A stretch of DNA of 64,000 nucleotides from Paraphysomonas bandaiensis. Lineage: Eukaryota; Protista; Chrysophyceae. The stretch lies in assembly GCA_965644295.1 (NCBI GenBank), contig CBFFRP010000297.1, positions 682,001 to 746,000 on the forward strand, in the 5' to 3' direction. Below the pieces are notes generated by a model, which saw only the letters and a program-made list of their open reading frames with translations, did no database searches and was not told the DNA's origin. This document shows positions 12,062 to 24,055 of the stretch, piece after piece. The position numbers and the translations under genes were made by a program. Position 1 is the first letter of the stretch. Each line of letters begins with the position of its first letter.

Positions 12062-14063
12062 TCACTTAATTGCTACGGAAGTTGTTGTTGCTGCTACAGA
12101 CCCCGCAGAAGCGGAAATATGACTGGCATTGTCGTCATTAACTTCTGGGCCCATCATTCCTAGAGTTTCTGCCTCATCATCAATGTAAGGCCGCTGTGAC
12201 AGGCCAGGTTCCTGAAATATACATAGATCATTAGCAACAGGCAAAACTATTACTATGCAAGACTTATGAATGATTTCGCAACACTACGACACCTGGATCA
12301 TAGGCTTGACCCACACAGGTCTTGGTCTGAAGCCCAGTAAAGTACAATCGAACATCAACTTAGAGTCTGGAGGAATGTGTGGCGGAAGGCCTGCTTTCCC
12401 TACAAATAGACATCAATTCACAGGTATGATACTTATATACAAACAACTACCATATCCGTAAGTAGGCGTGACACGAATTTTGCTCCTTTCTCCAATACAC
12501 ATTTTGGGGATCGCTCTATCGAACCCCTTCACTACCATTCCGACACCCAACACAAACTCTACCCATTGACGCTGCATGCCACTTTTCGTACTTGTCACCA
12601 TCTGACAGAAATTAGAGGACAAAGCAAAAAGATAAGAAACTACCTTGAGCTCCTCGTTGTTGTATACGCCTACTGTAGTGCATACGAAACATGTGTACCG
12701 TACACGAACAATGTCCCCAGTGATCTATACACAATACGGTACTTATGCAACAAATGACTGAACACACAAAAACTGTTGCAGCATAAACGGAATATTTCAC
12801 GACTACTACGCTGTGTTTGACATACCGGATAATTTGTCTCGTCCCCTGCAGCCACGAGCTCCATAGACAGGTGTTCTTTGTCATATTCCGCCTCTATTCT
12901 TTCCTCCTCCGTCATAACATATTCGTCCTCATCGTCATAATCATCATCAAAGAAGTCATCATCCTGATCATCTTGCTGCTCCCCCTCAGAGGAGGACTCC
13001 GACATACCCTCTTGCCTTATGATTTCACTCAACTCCGAAGGGCTGTACTCGGTGCCAATCTCGTCTTCATCCTCTTCATATTCATCCTCTCCCTCCTCCA
13101 TTTTGCGTTTTTTACGCTCATATCGTGCACGGTATTGAACCATAATCAATTGCAATTTGCGGATATGAAAGCGGTTTGTAATCCCCATATCAGCCCATTC
13201 CCGCTCCGCAAGATTTATGAAGAGTAGCCCGTCCACTCTCTGGGAGTACAGGAAGTGGCAGTATTGCTCCATCTTAAGCTCCGTGAACCATGCAGCAAGA
13301 TGATCTGTACTCCATTCGTCCATATGATTTCCTCTCTCCATAGCCTTAGCATTCCGAAGCTTATCTTGAACTACTTCAACCTGCGATATATGTCAACACA
13401 ATGCATGCACCTAATATCTATTCGTTGACAAGTACCTCAAGTTCCTCGAAGCGCTTCAGTTTCACATCCTTGATTTCCTGTTCTTTCGCCTGTAACATCT
13501 TCTCAAGCTCCTTTATCTTACGAATGCTATCATAGAGAGCTTGATCCTCTGGGGGTAGTTGCAATCGCTACAAGGAATGTGAGTGCCACGAAAACGTTGC
13601 AACTGCGAACACTTACCTGCTTCAATAACCATGGAGAGGGATTCCAGAAGGTTTCTCCCGTTTCGTTATTCATATAATAAAATTTATCTTGTTTCGATTC
13701 ATAAAATTTCGAAAAACGTTCTTGAGCTTTCTGTCTTACTCGGGCCCTGGAGATAAACCCCCTACCAATGCGTTGTATATTCGTTGCAGCCTATACAAAT
13801 TATATATATGAAATACTTAATTCTGATCGAATCCTCTCCGATACCTGATGATCTTCAGCACTAAACAGTGTCAGCATTCTCGGATTGTTCCATGATGAAA
13901 CTCCCGTAATTTTATTATACCAAAAATACATTTTAACTTTAGGTTCAAACACTCTCATCCACGACTCGAGTGTGACCCTCTGAACCTTCTTCACTGCTAT
14001 GTATCTGCGAACCATACACTGTAGAGTGATGGCCGCATTATTCATTTCTTCTGCACGTCCCAT
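12062..14063 (-). CDS. IQ/WW-SAM-FKBP multidomain protein, multi-exon
   Basis: IQ motif AAITLQCMVRRYIA. WW motifs W..VFEPKVKMYFWYNKITGVSSW..P and FYYMNNETGETFWNP. SAM domain WSTDHLAAWFTELKMEQY...VDGLLF...MGITNRFHIRKL. Acidic linker, then FKBP (GDIVRVRY...FVLGVGMVVKGFD..IPKMCIGERS...YGYG..GLPPHIPPDSKLMFD). Confidence 0.8.
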
Positions 14064-14439
14064 GCTGATATATATGTATGTATGTATATGTAGAGAGAGA
14101 GTGAGAGTGAGGGTGAGAGAGAGAGTGAGTGAGTGAGTTCTATATGCTGATGAGTGATAAGCACTCCACTGCTAACAGACTCAATCAATTAACAATCACA
14201 GTAACTTTATATAGTTATGATGGCTGTGATGGTGGGTTTAAAGTAATGTATGAAAACTCTCGTTAACTATCAAACCGTTTCTACCGATAGTACGAGATCT
14301 GTACTCCCGTTACCGGCTACATCTTAACGGTTGAGATCTCATGAGAAGATATATATCTGCTGCTGGTACTGTCTGTACCATATGGTTTGTAATGTACAGT
14401 CGTATCCTATAGCAAGACTATCCTATAGGATGTTACATA

Positions 14440-14562
14440 TTGTATATTTTTGTTCAAAGATGCTTCTATTATTGAGACAATAACTATATGTATTCCAGCC
14501 GTAGTTGTATGTAGGTAATATAGAAAATATTTGCTTCAATTTATTTCCGAAAAATAAGATGC
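14440..14562. repeat. ~125-bp dispersed repeat, copy A
   Basis: Highly similar to 18946-19070. Confidence 0.75.
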
Positions 14563-14834
14563 ATACGCCTCACCATAATATGATGATTAACTGAGCCATT
14601 CATACATACATCACTGAGATTCATATGAATATGGTAATTCTATTACCTTATGGAGTTATTCATCAAATGAAACAATGCCCATGGACTCGATGAGTCTCCT
14701 GTCACCCCTCAGTACACCATATCTCCCTCTCTCTGCCTCCTTATCCATATCTCCGTATCTAGCCCCTCTCATCCATTAAACACACACATAACCCCCTCAC
14801 CTCCCCTCCTCCTCTCTCTCTCTCTCTCCCTCAC

Positions 14835-16523
14835 ATGTCTCTATCTACTACCTGGTCAAAAAAAGCGATCAGTGAGTGTCAGTTAGCATGCAGTACGATA
14901 TTTTTTGGGGTGTCGTATGTGGGACAGAAACACGCTATGGATGAGCGCGTTGGACCCCTCACTTATAACGCCTGTCGATTTGTTATATCAACATTACTAT
15001 TATTCAGTGTGAAAAATTGGCTTCAATCTGTAATAGAGAGTAATATATCTGGTAAAGCAGACTATAGCAGGACTCTGGCTAATCGAGTGGTTGAGAAGGC
15101 ACGAAACTTTTATCCATTCGAAGTTAGTACGTATGCATTTAGTTTATGTTTCTGGAGTACTTTATGCGGCATAGGAAACTTTGCTGCTAATCAGCTATTG
15201 CAAATTGGTATGATATCCACATCGGCCGGTAAGGCAGCTTTCATAGTGGGTCTATATGTGGTTCTCATTCCAACGGTTGAGCAATTTTTACCGGGAACAG
15301 GGGGCTTCTGTCTGCATACCTGGCTTGCAGCCGGAATATGCATGGTTGGGGGGTTCTTTCTCTCTGGTTGTGTGGATGCAATGACCTCTTCTGATGGTGA
15401 ATCCTGTGCAGATAAAATTAGCTCAGGAGACGTGCTCGTCTTCTTCAGTATGATCGCCTTCTCTCTTGCATTCATGGCTTCTGATATTGCGGCTAAGCGT
15501 ACAGACTGCATTGATCTCACCTGTATGAGCTTTTTGGTTACTACTATTCTCTGTACTGCATCTGCAATGTACTATGAATCAGATCAGTGGGTATCGTGGC
15601 CCCCTTTGACCGACCTGCTCAGAGGTTGGGACATGGTCCTTATGGTGGGGATCTCCGAACCAGCTGCTCTGCTTTTAGGTACCCTAGGCCAGATGTACAC
15701 TCCTCCTTCTCGTGCTGCATTGCTCACCAGTTTAGAGGCGCCAATGTCAGTACTTCTAGCGTACTTGTTCCTCCATGAGGTGCTATCCCATAGCGAAGTA
15801 TTTGGCTGTGGTCTCATGTTTTTGGCCACTGTGGTTTCAACAGCTGTCCTCGAAGACGACGAAGAAGACGACGACGAGGATGATGACGACGAAGAAGATA
15901 TACCAGATGACGGGACTGTTGAAAGTCTGCGTCGGAGGAAGGCGCGTAACATAAGGCGTCGTAGGAGACATTTCCGTAACGTATTTCGGCGTCGCACGAG
16001 ATCCTTCACGAATCTTCTGGATGCTAAGCGGAGTGGATCACTTCACCTCGCGGGTGGTCTGCCGAATGAAGAATACCATGTGATCGTTGAGGATGATCGC
16101 CGAGTAGAGAGGTCAGTATCAGCCCCAGATATCATAATGCCGGCAGACGATGCAGAATATGTGATGGGCGAGCTCGAGATGGGCATAGGGTCGCTTGATG
16201 GGTCACTTATAGGGCATTATCACCCATTTGCCGATCAACCAATAGAACCAACTTCAATACCAGATGCTGACTCGGATATCTCTACTTCCCCTGTGTGTAG
16301 TTTAGAGCCCATTGGGCGCACTGTGTTGTTGGACATGGAGATACCTCCTTATGCAGGAGAGATAGAGAACTCCAACGATAAAGTAGGAAATAGATTGGGG
16401 TTACGTATTACTACCCCGCCGGCGACATTCACGGAATATTCGAGATTGTTAGAAATTCCTCCATACTCTCCCGAGAAAGATGGAAAAACAAAAAGGAAAC
16501 ATGCCAAGTCGTATGGCACCTAA
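14835..16523 (+). CDS. EamA/DMT-family transporter with acidic/basic C-tail (intronless)
   Basis: About 10 hydrophobic segments; motifs GPLTYNACRF, TSAGKAAFIVGLYVVLIP and PSRAALLTSLEAP. Confidence 0.88.
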   Translation: MSLSTTWSKKAISECQLACSTIFFGVSYVGQKHAMDERVGPLTYNACRFVISTLLLFSVKNWLQSVIESNISGKADYSRTLANRVVEKARNFYPFEVSTYAFSLCFWSTLCGIGNFAANQLLQIGMISTSAGKAAFIVGLYVVLIPTVEQFLPGTGGFCLHTWLAAGICMVGGFFLSGCVDAMTSSDGESCADKISSGDVLVFFSMIAFSLAFMASDIAAKRTDCIDLTCMSFLVTTILCTASAMYYESDQWVSWPPLTDLLRGWDMVLMVGISEPAALLLGTLGQMYTPPSRAALLTSLEAPMSVLLAYLFLHEVLSHSEVFGCGLMFLATVVSTAVLEDDEEDDDEDDDDEEDIPDDGTVESLRRRKARNIRRRRRHFRNVFRRRTRSFTNLLDAKRSGSLHLAGGLPNEEYHVIVEDDRRVERSVSAPDIIMPADDAEYVMGELEMGIGSLDGSLIGHYHPFADQPIEPTSIPDADSDISTSPVCSLEPIGRTVLLDMEIPPYAGEIENSNDKVGNRLGLRITTPPATFTEYSRLLEIPPYSPEKDGKTKRKHAKSYGT

Positions 16524-16807
16524 TATTGTGTTTTCTACTCGAGCCCTGATAACTAGCAGCTAGATACCTGAACATGGTCATACACCTCTTATGATTTTCT
16601 TTCCTGTGATTCGTGTAAAAATGATATCCTGTTTTTCACGCTTTGCATAGAAAGCAGTTGTAATTTTCTGTATTATGAATTAATTAACTTTTTCTGAACA
16701 ATTAACACTATTCACAGTATATAGTGCGATCATAGCAATTACGCAGCAACACTGACTGATGGGGAGTATTATTCAGCCTTCTAAAATTCTTGCCAAATAC
16801 AGTAAAT

Positions 16808-17241
16808 CAGGGATAGGGAACATATATTGCAAAATATATTGATTGGTGGACTGGTCAAATATTCCATCAATAGTGTTTATGTTAAAAGAGCTCACAATAC
16901 TATTGCAATATATTGCACTCAATATTATGATAGTCATATAAGAGAAGATTCTTAACTGTAGGGTGCAAAATGGATATAAATAACCGAGAAATTATTACAA
17001 TATTACAAAGGATAATGAAGCTGATGTTGACTCTATGCGACTAAAAATCTTCAGTCAGCTCAAAAAATTAAGAAGCGTACAGATCCACGAGTCATTAACG
17101 GTTGCCTGGCCCTGGTATGTACTTCCAATACATGCGAACGTCTGTTCAGCACAGATAAAGGACCGGTTTAAAAAATCTATCAATACTATTGATGGAACGC
17201 TATCTAACAATAGTATTGCAATATATTGTTCCCTATCCCTG
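16808..17241. mobile_element. Non-autonomous hAT-type MITE (434 bp)
   Basis: TIR CAGGGATAGGGAACA / TGTTCCCTATCCCTG; 8-bp TSD CAGTAAAT vs CTGTAAAT (1 mismatch); repeated TATTGCAATATATTG-like subterminal motifs. Confidence 0.85.
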
Positions 17242-17476
17242 CTGTAAATTATTTACAAATTTGAGTTATAAAAGGTCAAGGTAGAGTTAAATAGGTTTTA
17301 AAATTTCTTTTTTATATGCTGAATTCTGAGGTATTTGTAAAACAGTGATCAGAACACTATTAAATGTATGAGCGCAATCGATAATACGCATTTTAAGAAT
17401 GTATACCATACTATACCACAAGAATTATTTAGTCTTACATTGGTTCATGTTCTTGCTTCAAAATGACACGATTGTG

Positions 17477-17719
17477 TATTGAAAGTCTCAGTATTAGCAA
17501 TAGGCGTTAAGAATCAGCACCACCTTAGTAGCTAGATGAAAACTAGTCAAGCTAGATAGACGTCTACCTGTAACTACCTACCCTCAACAAAGTCGGACTC
17601 GCACCTTTTCGTGGTGTTCTGGGGGATAAGCACAGGAGATATTTCTCCGGGAATCTAACGTGAGCCGCATATATAGTCAGCAGATATTGTTCTACCCACT
17701 CAGAGCCCAATGCTAGTGT
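17477..17719. repeat. Copy 2 of dispersed repeat: inverted right end (17477-17580) fused to forward left end (17581-17719)
   Basis: 17477-17580 is the reverse complement of 23227-23330 with ~5 mismatches in 104 bp. 17581-17719 matches the start of copies 1 and 3. Confidence 0.88.
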
Positions 17720-18005
17720 AAACCCCAAGTTTCTATAACAGCCACAACAAAGGTACTTCTACCACAGAAGGATACTGAGGGAATAGCAACTGGGAGGTGT
17801 TAAAATTCGTACAGAAGTGTGATGATGAATGTGAACAGTAGTAGGCGCAAGAGAGACTTCATCATCATCACATTTATATACAATACGCTTAACCTCCTCT
17901 GCCAGTGCAGATCGAATGATGTGTGTTTGAGTATGATATGAGGCACACAAACCCTGAAAGAACTGGATGCCACTGCCCTTAACAGCAGCAGAGAGGCGTA
18001 TCAAT

Positions 18006-18821
18006 TCAAAACATGGGACATGGAGGGTGCTGTAAACGAAGCCATCTAAGAACATCCAAGTGCCCACCCTCAGCAGCAGCACTGCAAGTCTGTTCATTCC
18101 ATGGACATGGAGGATCCTGTGAGCGCAACCATCTAAGAACATCCAAGTGCCCACCCTCAGCAGCAGCACTGCAAGTATTTGAATGCCATGGACATGGAGG
18201 GTTCTGTGTTCGAAGCCATATAAGAACATCCAAGTGCCCACCATCAACAGCAGCGTTGCAACTATATTCATTCCATGGACATGGAGGATCCTGTGAACGA
18301 AGCCATCTAAGAACATCCAAGTGCCCACCCTCAGCAGCAGCACTGCAAGTCTGTTCATTCCATGGACATGGAGGATCCTGTGCGCGCAGCCATCTAAGAA
18401 CATCCAAGTGCCCACCCTCAGCAGCAGCACTGCAAGTCCGTTCATTCCATGGACATGGAGGGTGCTGTGTATGAAGCCACTGTTGTGCATCCAATTCACT
18501 AGAAGCATACTCCGAATAATGTGTATGTGTATCTATATGTGTGTATATGTGTTTCATTTGCTGTAGTCTGCCGTATAGTGCACATGTATTCATTAGCAGT
18601 GTGTGTGGGCAGCCCATAGCCAGAGCCCATGAGACCATTGAGTTGGTCATACAGTAGTGAGATGCATGTGACTCAAGTCTCTCTCTGCTCTTATCAGTGT
18701 AGACTATATCGTGAAGTCTCTTACTAGTCATGACCACAGGAAGGAGAGCTGCGTGTGGGATCATAGAGACGATGAGACGCAACACATCATCGTTAAGGAC
18801 AGATACATTCAACATATCCAT
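18006..18821 (-). CDS. CPW-type ankyrin-repeat protein with F-box-like N-terminus
   Basis: Five near-identical 87-bp/29-aa units CPWNEQTCSAAAEGGHLDVLRWLRSQDPP; N-terminal LNDDVLRLIVSMIP. Confidence 0.8.
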   Translation of the reverse strand: MDMLNVSVLNDDVLRLIVSMIPHAALLPVVMTSKRLHDIVYTDKSRERLESHASHYCMTNSMVSWALAMGCPHTLLMNTCALYGRLQQMKHIYTHIDTHTHYSEYASSELDAQQWLHTQHPPCPWNERTCSAAAEGGHLDVLRWLRAQDPPCPWNEQTCSAAAEGGHLDVLRWLRSQDPPCPWNEYSCNAAVDGGHLDVLIWLRTQNPPCPWHSNTCSAAAEGGHLDVLRWLRSQDPPCPWNEQTCSAAAEGGHLDVLRWLRLQHPPCPMF

Positions 18822-18945
18822 GCTGATAGTATGATGAGGGTACGTGAGGCTGATGGAGTGTGTATACATACACAGCACACAGCAGATGACTGTGAGATGC
18901 ATGAGATCCCAGTGGACGTCTACGTGTACATCGTATTGGCATCCT

Positions 18946-19070
18946 TTGTATATTTTTGTTCAAAGATGCCTCTAATATTGAGGCAATAATTATCTGTATT
19001 CCAGCTGTAGTTTTATTACAGTAATATAGAAAATATTTGCTTCAATTTATTTCCGACAACAATAAGATGC
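18946..19070. repeat. ~125-bp dispersed repeat, copy B
   Basis: Highly similar to 14440-14562. Confidence 0.75.
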
Positions 19071-19470
19071 TGACTGCCGATACGATACATACATACACAC
19101 AGACAAGTGGAAGGAAGAGCATGTCCCATATTGGGGACACTTCCTTACCCCTACATGTTTTTTTAGTGAGAAAAGCTGGAATTATAGCACGACAAAACAC
19201 TGAAATCTTGTCGGATAGTGAGCAAATTTATGTGTTTTTGTCTTAAAAGACTGAAATCTTGAATGAAAATCAGACATTTTTATATAATAGACCACATTCT
19301 TCTAGTTATATAACAGTAAACGCCTTAACACAACTATAAGTGTGTAGCCTGCCTATACTAGCTACCGGCAACTGATTTGAGGACGATGGAAGAATCAAAC
19401 AAGTTTGAATAATGCTGAGATGAATAGAAGTCTATTGACCTTCTTATTTTCTTTTTCTTTTGTAGTCACG

Positions 19471-20337
19471 ATGGGGCTGTCCAGCTTATCACCAAACGAC
19501 TTGAAAGAGATAGCCGCTATAGTAGAAGCATCTATAGAAGCATCTGAACGCCGTATGATAGCATCTATAGAAGCGTCTATAGAAGCGTCTGAACGCCGTA
19601 TGATAGCATCTATAGAAGCGGTGGCTGTTGAGCTTTCCTCATTAATGAGAGACGAAACTCATCTGTCTGTAAACAAATCTGTCTCCAAAATGTCGCCTTG
19701 TGTTAGGAAGTTGAAGAATTCTGTCACTGTATTTGGCGTACTATATGAAGGAGTGAAATATGTCATAACGCCTGGACATTTTGAAAGCGAAAAATTACAG
19801 CATGCGTATGTCGACATTGGAATATTGAATGCGTCTGCTTATCCTGACCTAAAGTTGACATGCTTCATTAACGTGAGTGAAGAGTCAGTGGCGAGGGCAT
19901 CTATTGGGGACAATTTGTTTGCCATTGGCCGTGATGAGACGGGAGCTATTCTTCACATATGGACTGGTGTTGTTTATTCAGTTTCTCAGGAAGTTTTGGG
20001 AAAGGAGTTGGATACTGAAGATGTTCCGGTGGGTTCTTTAATCTCCACGTACCTCAAGACCAGTGGTGGGCAAGTGATGGGTATGTCAGGGGCGCCGGTG
20101 TTCAACGGTTGTGGCCTTTCTGGAGTAAGCACAGGAACAGAGTTGCGTTATGAAAATATAGACTCTAAAATAGTGACTTCGTTCCTCCTGGGGGGCCACG
20201 TCGTGCATGTCAATCACATTCTCGAACTGCTACAAATGGATGAGGCCATCCATTTCTCAGTGCAACCTCATGAGGCCCTAGATGCCACCATTGTTAACAT
20301 TCCCATGAAGACATACTGCAGTTCTTGTGTTCCGTAA
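19471..20337 (+). CDS. Trypsin-like serine protease with N-terminal helical repeat (start uncertain)
   Basis: Candidate catalytic triad ITPGH ... YVDIG ... GMSGAPVF; duplicated 45-bp unit encoding IEASIEASERRMIAS. Confidence 0.65.
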   Translation: MGLSSLSPNDLKEIAAIVEASIEASERRMIASIEASIEASERRMIASIEAVAVELSSLMRDETHLSVNKSVSKMSPCVRKLKNSVTVFGVLYEGVKYVITPGHFESEKLQHAYVDIGILNASAYPDLKLTCFINVSEESVARASIGDNLFAIGRDETGAILHIWTGVVYSVSQEVLGKELDTEDVPVGSLISTYLKTSGGQVMGMSGAPVFNGCGLSGVSTGTELRYENIDSKIVTSFLLGGHVVHVNHILELLQMDEAIHFSVQPHEALDATIVNIPMKTYCSSCVP

Positions 20338-20545
20338 GCGTTTGAGTTAATTCAGTGCAATTCTATTTTTAGCACTCTGCTGATATATATTTTGAGTAAT
20401 ATTATAGATTATTATTTATCGCGAAACGTCGCGAAACACTTTGCTTCTCAACTGACTCCTTCGTAATAAGCTTATTTATTGTGACATTATGATTATACGT
20501 AATCTCACTTAGCAATTTCTTATGCCTGGCTACACGAAGTAGGTA

Positions 20546-20627
20546 TTGTTGAGTTTTGCTGTTTGAGCAATTAAAGCTGTAATTCTAAGGTGTTGGAATT
20601 ATGACCGTTAGTCGAAGAATACAGTAG
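20546..20627. repeat. ~80-bp dispersed repeat, copy A
   Basis: Near-identical to 30418-30494. Confidence 0.75.
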
Positions 20628-22845
20628 TGATGAGCTGTATATTATCAGAAGTAATGAGAACTGAATATATATTGACCATACAAGAAGATAGTGACGATAT
20701 AAGATCGTACTAGAAATGAGTGGTAGTAGAGATAACGTGATATATCGCTTATTATATTTATTATAATCTTCTCTCATATTAACTTGATTCATGAGTGAAT
20801 ACACGTCCAGTTATCTTAGTAAATCAGCCAATTGTGTCATATCTTGACATGGTGGCGGATGGTAGTTGGAAGCAACTGCTGAAGTGTGACCATCTGGACA
20901 GAGAAGCAGGAGTACTGCTTTGTATAGTAGAAACATACAGCAGTATATATAGAATATAAAACCAGTATTATTTATGAAAATCTGGGTTTTTCATACGAAG
21001 ATAAGACAGAAAAAGTAGACTGAAAAAGATGACTGACATTGAAGTGTGGATTGTGGTTGATGAATGTATGAACCCTCTGAAGAGACCCGCATAATTATCA
21101 GAATATCTCATGTGCAGAGTGTGAGCACGGTGATTCAGTTATGTGTCTGATTGTGTGGATGGGGGTGCAGTGCTATCGATGGGGGTGCGAGTGATGAGGA
21201 CTCGTGTCCATTGTGTTATATATGATGAGAGTAGTTCCTCATGAGATAGATGGAGTGCTATCGATGAGGGTGCAATGTGATATCAAGAGTCGCATCAATT
21301 AAGCCTACATTTGATGAGAGTGCTTCCTCATGTAATGGATTGCTATCGATTATGCTCGACAGGTTGAAGAGTTCAACCATTTAATCGGACCATACCGTCA
21401 TGCTGATGAAGGCTTCCTGTTTAGAGCTGCGAGAGTCGTAGTTCGGAAGGGTCTGATTGTGGCTTATAGAGCCTTATACAAGTATACACAGAAATACACA
21501 TACTACCGTGTCTCACTATGAAAATATACGGCCACGTAATGAACTTAGTTGATTCAATCATCCCCAACACCCTCCTCGCCCTCTACACGCTATACTGCAA
21601 TAAGCTTCATTGTGAACATGTTCTGAATGGTTTGTCTGATGCAGTGTGGCATGGTGTGAGGTCTCGTATCTATGCATCCCTCAGCAGGAGTCGCCATGGC
21701 GTGATATCGAAGTCATTCAGTTCGTAGACCAAGATACGATCCTCACTCGCTCGAGATTGCTGTGAACTGTTTGATCAAGGGATGTCCTGCATAGACAACT
21801 ATCGGGACAATGCAGCCACACATGAAATATCATGCTACCAACTTTATACAGTCACTTGTGACTTGTGTCAAAATGCTTAGTGTTGCTTCACAGTGCATTC
21901 AGTGAGAGCAAGCGAGCAGAGAGTGAGAGAAATGCAACATGCATTACAAAAAAATTGCTGTGAGAGTACATGTCATACTCTTAGGGTGTAATGCGCCGGT
22001 AACCAATACTGGCCAACGGTGGTGCCCCATCCAGAACTTCCAGCGACTCGTCAGGTATTGTGGATAAACAAGATTATACGTAACCTTCAAATATCGAGCC
22101 TCAATACGGAATAGTATCAAGTATGCATTCTTTTTAGTACTTAGACCTTTATCATAAATCAAGGCATTAATGCATTAATATATATCATATATTTACAACG
22201 TATTCCTCTCAATACTCAATACAATATTTAGCATACAAGTATGGATTCATAAGAATCATTAAAGCTTAATTAAAAAATCACTACAATAATAGTAGTCACA
22301 CTATATAGTATATCATATACTTACAACGTATTCCAAGTAGGAGTTCGGTTATCAACAGCTCGTGGGTGGGGATAGACCTCAATAGTTACTTTCTTTCGAA
22401 GGAAGCCATGGTTTATAGCCACATTATCTTCGATTAGATACTTCCTTTGTTTCTTTGTCGGCGGGCCACTTAAGTTTGTGGCAGCATACTCCTCATTCTT
22501 TACTTTATTACGTAAATGCAATACATTTATCACTGCCGTGTTTGCAAACTGAGGTGAGGTATGATACGCGATACGCGTCCTCTCCTCGTATTAACCAAGG
22601 TTGTTTCGCTCGGCTTCTCAAAAATTGTTATTTTTGGCACAATGAAATGTAGCATGGTATGTACTATTCTTAGGTATATATTTTGAACACTCTCTTTTGT
22701 GTATCAGTAAAACTTGTACTGTGCAAGTCCTTGTACGTCTATCTTAGTGCCAATACTCTATGTATACACGGAAACTATCTTTCTCTATTTATCTGTCTAT
22801 ATATTATATTATTTAATACCTTTATCTTCATGTATTGTGTATATA

Positions 22846-23330
22846 CCCTCAACAAAGTCGGACTCGCACCTTTTCGTGGTGTTCTGGGGGATAAGCACAG
22901 GTGCTTGTGTGGTACAAGAGGGACGCTACTACTGCAATATAAGTGTTACTTGTGAAGAAGTCTTTGGGACTTGACGAATAAACAGGAATTCGGAAATGGA
23001 CCCACCACAAGGGCATCCGGGACAGGGCCCACCTGAAGGGTAACCGGGGTATTGGGCTGCCTGCTGAAGTCAAGCAGCCGGGATGTTCACCTTTAGAACT
23101 CATAACACCTGAAGTCAGCAGATGTCAGTTATATCAACATTCTGATTGCTCACGGCGTTTGCTTTGAGCGATAGAGTGGAGGTGGTTGCACCTTGGTGGA
23201 TAATAGTAGGATAATAGAGTTTGTACTAGTTAGTTACAGGTAGACGTCTATCTAGCTTGACTAGTTTTCATCTAGCTACTAAACTGGTGCTGATTCTTAA
23301 CGCCTATTGCTAATAATAAGACTTTCAATA
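22846..23330. repeat. Copy 3 of unclassified dispersed repeat
   Basis: Colinear with 5701-6152, with an internal deletion and insertions. Confidence 0.85.
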
Positions 23331-24055
23331 TTTTATGTATATATAGTATATTATATTGATTAAAATATTATATAATCACAATAAAACAACTTCTTTTTAT
23401 TGTTGCGGTAGAATACACGACTTCTAAGAACAGCTCACCAGGGATGCAGCTGCCTCATATGTTGCGCTTGTGACGAGTTCACTATTTACCGTGCTTTGAA
23501 TGATACATACCTGGAGTAAACGCAGAACGTTTTAAGTCGAGGTAATACCAAAACCTGGTGAAATGTATAAAACCCGGTGATCGATTGTATGAAAGATGTA
23601 GCAAAGAAGAATGCAGAGCAGCAGAAGCAGTGTCGATCGTTTGATTGCCGAGTAACTACTGTGTGTGGGAATATAATCGTTATCGTAGGTTGAAGTAAAT
23701 CTATAAGTTTACTCCAAGTTTCATTTTCTGTTCTAAGCTGGTCCAATCCCATAATCTACATTGACGAGACAATTCAACCACAGTGACCAGACTCAACGAT
23801 ATATATATATATCTCCTTTTAAAAATACATTCCAAGTGGTACATTATATGATCATATTATATAAAGATCGCATAATGCTATAGTTATACAGTGCTCGATA
23901 CCATTTATTTCAGATAAATAGTACGCCTTCAACTGTTATCCTCTTCCTAGAATATCAATACACAGGAATGGGAATCCCAGCAATATTCAAATAAAATGTT
24001 CATCACCACAGTTTATTCAAACAGCTATTCCAGTAAGATATACCGAACTTCAAAT

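Noticed and set aside
17759-18566. Alternative-frame and antisense ORFs over the ankyrin array
   Set aside because: Shadows of the 87-bp repeat.
21170-21352. Degenerate ~85-bp tandem repeat (GTGCTATCGATG...GATGAGAGT..TTCCTCATG)
   Set aside because: The period is not clearly a multiple of 3, all frames are broken and no function can be inferred.
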